DNA of 32,000 nucleotides. Source: Methanothermobacter marburgensis str. Marburg. GTDB taxonomy: Archaea; Methanobacteriota; Methanobacteria; Methanobacteriales; Methanothermobacteraceae. The stretch covers positions 540,001 through 572,000 of the forward strand of contig NC_014408.1 of NCBI RefSeq assembly GCF_000145295.1, read 5' to 3'. Position numbers and translations under genes: made by a program. How positions within the stretch are numbered: position 1 is the stretch's first letter; every line of letters begins with the position of its first letter. This document shows, piece after piece, positions 27,757-32,000 of the stretch. The notes beneath the pieces are model-generated. The model searched no databases. It saw nothing but the letters and a program-made list of their open reading frames with translations, and had not been told where the DNA came from.

Positions 27757-28962
27757 ATGGTACTCACACCAAGGGATGATGTTCTGAGGGCGGTTAGAAG
27801 TTACTTTGAAAGTGAGCGCCAGGATGGGAGAAACAGGCGCACTGAAGTATGGCGTTCACTTTCAGATAGTTTCATAAGAACCGCTGATGGCTCATACACC
27901 CTGGAGTCAGATTCCGGTGGGGAGGCCATGCACACCAGGAGCGGCGCCATAACAGAGTCCTTTGAAAAATTTGTAAGGCCCTCGATACCACCTGATGCAG
28001 AGGAAATCAGGGTTCTCGACCTATGTTCTGGCCTCGGGTATAATACAGCGGCGCTCCTTGAATTCACATCTGCCGGTGAGGTTACAGTGGACATGGTGGA
28101 GGTCTCCCCTGAGACAATGGCAGCGGCCCTTATCGTCCCCTCGCCGGTAAAATCCCATGAACTTGTCAGGGCTGCCTATGAGGACCGCCTTATGGATATG
28201 GGAATCGTCAGCGTAAGGGCATCTCCCCCACTGCCCCCTGAGGTCACCCTGCGGGTTCACTGCGGGGATGCAAGGGAGACGCTCCAGAAACTTGAGGCTG
28301 AATACTATGATGCCGTCTTCCTTGACGCATTCAGTCCAGGGGTTTCACCTGAACTCTACACGGTGGAGTTTCTATCACAGATAGCCAGGGTTATAAAGCC
28401 AGATGGAGTCCTTGCAACCTACACCTCCGCGGCTCCCCTGAGATCCGCCCTTATAGATGTGGGGTTCCATATTGGGGCCGGCCCGGTATTTGGAAGGAAA
28501 TCTGCAGGTACACTGGCCTCAATGGATCCCTCAAAGATTAAAGAGCCCCTGGACTGGAGGGATGAGAGAATGGTGGCCCTCAGCGATGCAGGGGTACCCT
28601 ACAGGGATCCCACACTTTCTTCAGATGGTGAAACCATAATTGAGAGACGTAGACTTGAGCGCATGGTAATTCGTGGTGTTACAAGGATATCATCCGCGGT
28701 TAAAACCCCGATCTACCTTGGGGGTTCTGTTGAAGGGGACAGGATCGGGCGCAGAGTCCGGCGGAACCTTGAGAGGATGGGCATATCCGATCTGAAGGGA
28801 GGGGAGGCACTCTACATAATATGCCCCCAGCTGGATGAATGTGTATGTGGCTGTGGCGAGGAAAGGGTGACAACCTCCAGGGAAAGGATACTCTCAATGA
28901 GGAGGAGACTGCTGGAAGTGGCCAGTTTCAGAGGGATGATACAGGAGAATTCAATCTGGTAG
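27757..28962 (+). CDS. MnmC-type (DUF752-like) SAM-dependent methyltransferase with Cys-rich C-terminal extension
   Basis: 401 aa. DGSYTLESDSGGEAMHTRSGAITES, VLDLCSGLGYN and VFLDAFSPGVSPELYTVEF...DGVLATYTSAAPLRSAL match the MnmC methyltransferase domain pattern. The C-terminus carries CPQLDECVCGCGEE. Confidence 0.65.
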   Translation: MVLTPRDDVLRAVRSYFESERQDGRNRRTEVWRSLSDSFIRTADGSYTLESDSGGEAMHTRSGAITESFEKFVRPSIPPDAEEIRVLDLCSGLGYNTAALLEFTSAGEVTVDMVEVSPETMAAALIVPSPVKSHELVRAAYEDRLMDMGIVSVRASPPLPPEVTLRVHCGDARETLQKLEAEYYDAVFLDAFSPGVSPELYTVEFLSQIARVIKPDGVLATYTSAAPLRSALIDVGFHIGAGPVFGRKSAGTLASMDPSKIKEPLDWRDERMVALSDAGVPYRDPTLSSDGETIIERRRLERMVIRGVTRISSAVKTPIYLGGSVEGDRIGRRVRRNLERMGISDLKGGEALYIICPQLDECVCGCGEERVTTSRERILSMRRRLLEVASFRGMIQENSIW

Positions 28963-28999
28963 TTCATCGGGTTTTAGTGTTCTACTGTAAATTCATATT

Positions 29000-29121
29000 A
29001 GAGGATTCAATGCGTTAATATAAGAATTGATACTTGCATATTTATTAGCGGATTCACTGAGTTTAATGTTAACATAAGGTAATTTCATATTTTTCAGAGC
29101 GGATTCGATGAGTTTAATGGT
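29000..29121 (+). repeat. Three imperfect direct repeats (24-nt cores at 29000, 29047, 29098) in the tgtA upstream region
   Basis: Cores are agaggattcaatgcgttaatataa, agcggattcactgagtttaatgtt and agcggattcgatgagtttaatggt. Copies 2 and 3 are identical at 21 of 24 positions, offset 51 nt. Each is preceded by a (t)tcatat(t) element. Confidence 0.75.
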
Positions 29122-29140
29122 TTAATATTGGGAGGATTTC

Positions 29141-31078
29141 ATGTTTGAGATAAGGTCAAAGGACAACCTGGGAAGAACTGGTGTACTCAAGACAGAACAC
29201 GGAGAGGTCAGGACACCGGCGCTGATGCCTGTTATACATCCAGGTAAGCAGACCATTGACGTTAAGAGGTTCGGCGCTGAGATCGTGATAACCAATGCCT
29301 ACATAATCTACAGGAACCCTGAACTCAGGGACGAGGCACTGCGGAGGGGTGTCCATGGACTCATAAACTTTGACGGACCTGTAATGACGGATTCAGGTTC
29401 ATTCCAGCTCTCAGAGTACGGCGACGTTGAGGTTGAGAACCATGAAATAGTCCGCTTCCAGGATGAGATAGGAACAGACATAGGGACGTCCCTGGATATA
29501 CCAACACCGCCTGGTGTGAGCCACAGGAGGGCCCTTGAGGAGGTTGAAATCACACTTCAAAGGGCGAGGGAGTCCCTTGAGTACAGGGAGAGGATGATGC
29601 TCAACGCCGTTGTACAGGGATCAACCCACCCTGACCTCAGGAGGTACTGCGCCTCACAGCTTGCAGAGCTCCCGGTGGAGCTCCACCCCATAGGTGCCGT
29701 CGTACCTCTCATGGAGTCCTACAGGTACAGGGAGCTGGTTGACGCTGTACTATCCTCTGTTTCAGAACTTCCACCATCAAGGCCAAGGCACCTCATGGGG
29801 GCTGGGCATCCAATGATATTCGCCCTCGCTGCCTCCATGGGATGCGACCTCTTTGATTCGGCGGCCTACATACTCTATGCAGAGGATGATCGTCTTCTGA
29901 GCACAGAGGGGACATATAAACTTGAGAACCTCCAGGAAATGCCGTGCTCATGCCGGGTATGCACGGATTATACCCCATCTGAGCTCCGCGGGATGGAGGC
30001 TGAGGATAGAAGGAACCTCATAGCTGAACACAACCTCCATGTGAGCTTTGCAGAGATAAGGAAGGTCCGCCAGGCAATTTATGATGGGAGCCTAATGGAA
30101 CTTGTTGAGGAGAGATGCAGGGCACATCCAAGGCTCCTTGAGGGATACAGGAGGATGTCGGCTTACGTTGAACTCTCTGAGAGATTCGAGCCAAGGTCCA
30201 AACGCTCAGCATTCTTCTACACTGGACCAGAATCACTGGGGCGTGTTGAGGTTCACAGGCATCTTCAGTGGGTTAAGAAAAACCTGAAGGGAAGGATGGC
30301 CATCGCAGGCCCATCAAGGAAACCCTACTCATCCACTTTACCCTCCAGTATCAGTGGTTTTCGCTCAATGAAGCCCCAGGCTGATGGAGAATGGAGTGTT
30401 GTGGTTGCAGACGTACCCTTTGGCCTCATACCCCTTGAACTTGATCAGGTCTATCCACTCGCCCAGAGCGATGCGCCGGGTATCATGGATCTGGAGGCCA
30501 GGCACTTCCTGAGGGAACTGATACTCGACCTTGAGGGGGACGTGATCATCAGTGAGGACCTCTGCAGTGAACTTGGACTTCAGCTTCCACACCCCTATTC
30601 TGGGGAGGTGGAGACCTATGTTGATGACCTTGACCGCATAAGGATGATTGCAGAGTACCAGTTCGGTGAGGGGGCCGGCGATGCCCTTTTCCCTGATGAT
30701 GTGAGGATTGAGAGAAGCCGTAACACAGGGAAGATAAGGCACATCTACTCAGGAGAGAAACTGATATGCACCATGAGGGCATCTGACGGCCTATTCGTGC
30801 TCTCAGCCGAGGGTGCCAGGAGGCTTCATGATGGCACAGCCTACCCCCGCTGCAGGGTGGCCGTGAATGAGGAGTCTGAACCATTTGCAAGGGAGGGCAG
30901 GAGTGTATTTGCAAAGTTTATAATTGACTGCGACAATAATATAAGGGCCGGTGATGAAGTTTTAATTGTTAATGCTCATGATGAACTTCTGGCCACAGGC
31001 AGGGCACTTCTCTGTGCCGAGGAGATGATGGACCTCAACCATGGTCAGGCAGTGAAAACCAGGAAAGGAGGATTTTAA
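29141..31078 (+). CDS. tgtA: Archaeosine tRNA-guanine transglycosylase (ArcTGT) with C-terminal PUA domain
   Basis: 645 aa. The N-terminus GRTGVLKTEHGEVRTPALMPV, the DSGSFQ catalytic region and the Zn motif CSCRVCTDY fit ArcTGT. The long C-terminal extension is typical of archaeal TGT. Confidence 0.92.
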   Translation: MFEIRSKDNLGRTGVLKTEHGEVRTPALMPVIHPGKQTIDVKRFGAEIVITNAYIIYRNPELRDEALRRGVHGLINFDGPVMTDSGSFQLSEYGDVEVENHEIVRFQDEIGTDIGTSLDIPTPPGVSHRRALEEVEITLQRARESLEYRERMMLNAVVQGSTHPDLRRYCASQLAELPVELHPIGAVVPLMESYRYRELVDAVLSSVSELPPSRPRHLMGAGHPMIFALAASMGCDLFDSAAYILYAEDDRLLSTEGTYKLENLQEMPCSCRVCTDYTPSELRGMEAEDRRNLIAEHNLHVSFAEIRKVRQAIYDGSLMELVEERCRAHPRLLEGYRRMSAYVELSERFEPRSKRSAFFYTGPESLGRVEVHRHLQWVKKNLKGRMAIAGPSRKPYSSTLPSSISGFRSMKPQADGEWSVVVADVPFGLIPLELDQVYPLAQSDAPGIMDLEARHFLRELILDLEGDVIISEDLCSELGLQLPHPYSGEVETYVDDLDRIRMIAEYQFGEGAGDALFPDDVRIERSRNTGKIRHIYSGEKLICTMRASDGLFVLSAEGARRLHDGTAYPRCRVAVNEESEPFAREGRSVFAKFIIDCDNNIRAGDEVLIVNAHDELLATGRALLCAEEMMDLNHGQAVKTRKGGF

Positions 31079-31432
31079 ATGATACCGGGCATGGGAATGA
31101 ACCCAAAGCAGCTGAAACAGATGCAGAGGGCAATGAAGCAGATGGGAATGGATATGAAGGACCTCCGTGGCGTTGAGGAGGTTGTGATCAAACTCAAGAA
31201 GAAGGAGATCATAATAAAAAATCCCCGCGTGAATGTCATGGACTTCATGGGCCAGAAGACCTATCAGGTGACCGGCAAGGCCCGTGAATGTGACCTTGAA
31301 GCTGAGGTTAAGATACCCGATGATGACATTGAACTTGTCATGAACCAGACCGGTGTAAGCCGGGAGGAAGCCACCAGGGCCCTTCAGGAAACCGGGGGTG
31401 ACCTGGCAGAGGCCATTATGAGGTTGAGCTGA
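31079..31432 (+). CDS. nac: Nascent polypeptide-associated complex protein (archaeal NAC, NAC + UBA domains)
   Basis: 117 aa. NPKQLKQMQRAMKQMGM start and C-terminal UBA-like VSREEATRALQETGGDLAEAIMRL. The ATG directly abuts the tgtA stop. Confidence 0.9.
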   Translation: MIPGMGMNPKQLKQMQRAMKQMGMDMKDLRGVEEVVIKLKKKEIIIKNPRVNVMDFMGQKTYQVTGKARECDLEAEVKIPDDDIELVMNQTGVSREEATRALQETGGDLAEAIMRLS

Positions 31433-32000
31433 TGGTCTTAATAGCCCATATCTCGGATCTCCATGTGGGCGCACCCAACTTCAAGGAGGACATACTCCTT
31501 GAGGCCATAAGACAGATAAATGAGCTTAAACCTGACGCAACCGTTATAACCGGTGACCTTACAGATAACGGCTACTACCTTGAATTCCTGCAGGCCGCCG
31601 AGTACCTCAGCGACCTCAAGGGGCCCCACATATTTGTTCCAGGGAACCATGATGCAAGACATGTGGGAAACGAGACCTTTGAGGATGTCTTCAGGTACAG
31701 GAAGGGGACCTTTGTGATGGATGACCTCACAATAATAGGACTTGACAGCAGTGAGCCTGATCTCGACTACGGCAAGATAGGGAGGTCCCAGCAGATCTGG
31801 ATGGAGGAGGAACTTGAGAGGGCCTCAGAGAGGGGACATTTCAGGGTTATAGCCCTCCACCACCACATAATACCTGTTCCCAAGACAGGCCGTGAGAGGA
31901 ACGTACTTGCAGATGCAGGGGACATACTCTATTCAATAATCAGGAAGGGCGCTGACCTGGTGATATCAGGCCACAAGCATGTCCCCCATGTCTGGAGGGT
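31432..32000 (+). CDS. Calcineurin-like metallophosphoesterase (5' part; runs off the window edge, not in ORF track)
   Basis: My translation is MVLIAHISDLHVGAP...TGDLTDNG...VPGNHD...ALHHH...SGHKH. These are the canonical DxH / GDxxD / GNHD / H motifs. The ATG shares one base with the nac TGA. Confidence 0.75.
   Translation, partial: MVLIAHISDLHVGAPNFKEDILLEAIRQINELKPDATVITGDLTDNGYYLEFLQAAEYLSDLKGPHIFVPGNHDARHVGNETFEDVFRYRKGTFVMDDLTIIGLDSSEPDLDYGKIGRSQQIWMEEELERASERGHFRVIALHHHIIPVPKTGRERNVLADAGDILYSIIRKGADLVISGHKHVPHVWR

Noticed and set aside
30962-31474. 170-aa minus-strand ORF spanning the tgtA/nac/phosphoesterase junctions
   Set aside because: It is antisense to three tightly coupled, motif-supported genes, with no recognisable domain. 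It is a shadow ORF.

Overview
This window reads as core chromosome of a Methanothermobacter-type methanogen (thermophilic, pseudomurein cell wall). The attribution rests on proteins I recognise: archaeal NMN adenylyltransferase, methyl-coenzyme M reductase activation component A2 (AtwA), an FMN-binding flavoredoxin-like protein, archaeosine tRNA-guanine transglycosylase, NAC, SRP19, and a surface protein ending in pseudomurein-binding repeats. I support 34 protein-coding genes. Two are absent from the supplied ORF track: a 53-aa second rubredoxin at 8421-8582, and a metallophosphoesterase that starts at 31432 and runs off the right edge. Several track ORFs begin at upstream GTG/TTG codons, and I trimmed these to starts backed by a Shine-Dalgarno (SD) motif. 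I saw no rRNA, tRNA, CRISPR array, transposase, integrase or recognisable defence system. Gene order: HD hydrolase, MoaE-like and NMNAT (minus strand); atwA, FMN protein and Usp (plus); a small membrane ORF; an 837-aa adhesin-like wall protein (minus). Next comes a tightly packed six-gene oxygen/ROS detoxification operon (rubredoxin x2, fprA, ferritin, peroxiredoxin, sod), followed by a PaaK/F390-synthetase-like ligase plus an ACT protein. A long minus-strand string follows: purC, purS, purQ, cobA, hemD, srp19, RecJ-like DHH and a wHTH regulator. The rest is glmS, a BASS-type permease, three glycosyltransferases, a multi-PAS histidine kinase, an MnmC-like methyltransferase, then tgtA, nac and the phosphoesterase. 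The clearly accessory parts are the repeat-rich adhesin gene and a sharply AT-rich glycosyltransferase islet (about 21880-24350). I do not see a convincing novel multi-gene system. The best leads are the MnmC-like enzyme next to tgtA, the ~50-nt tandem repeats upstream of tgtA, the glycosyltransferase islet whose composition break lies inside a gene, the recombination-prone adhesin, and the atwA-FMN protein-Usp linkage. All functional calls come from reading motifs by eye; no database search was run.
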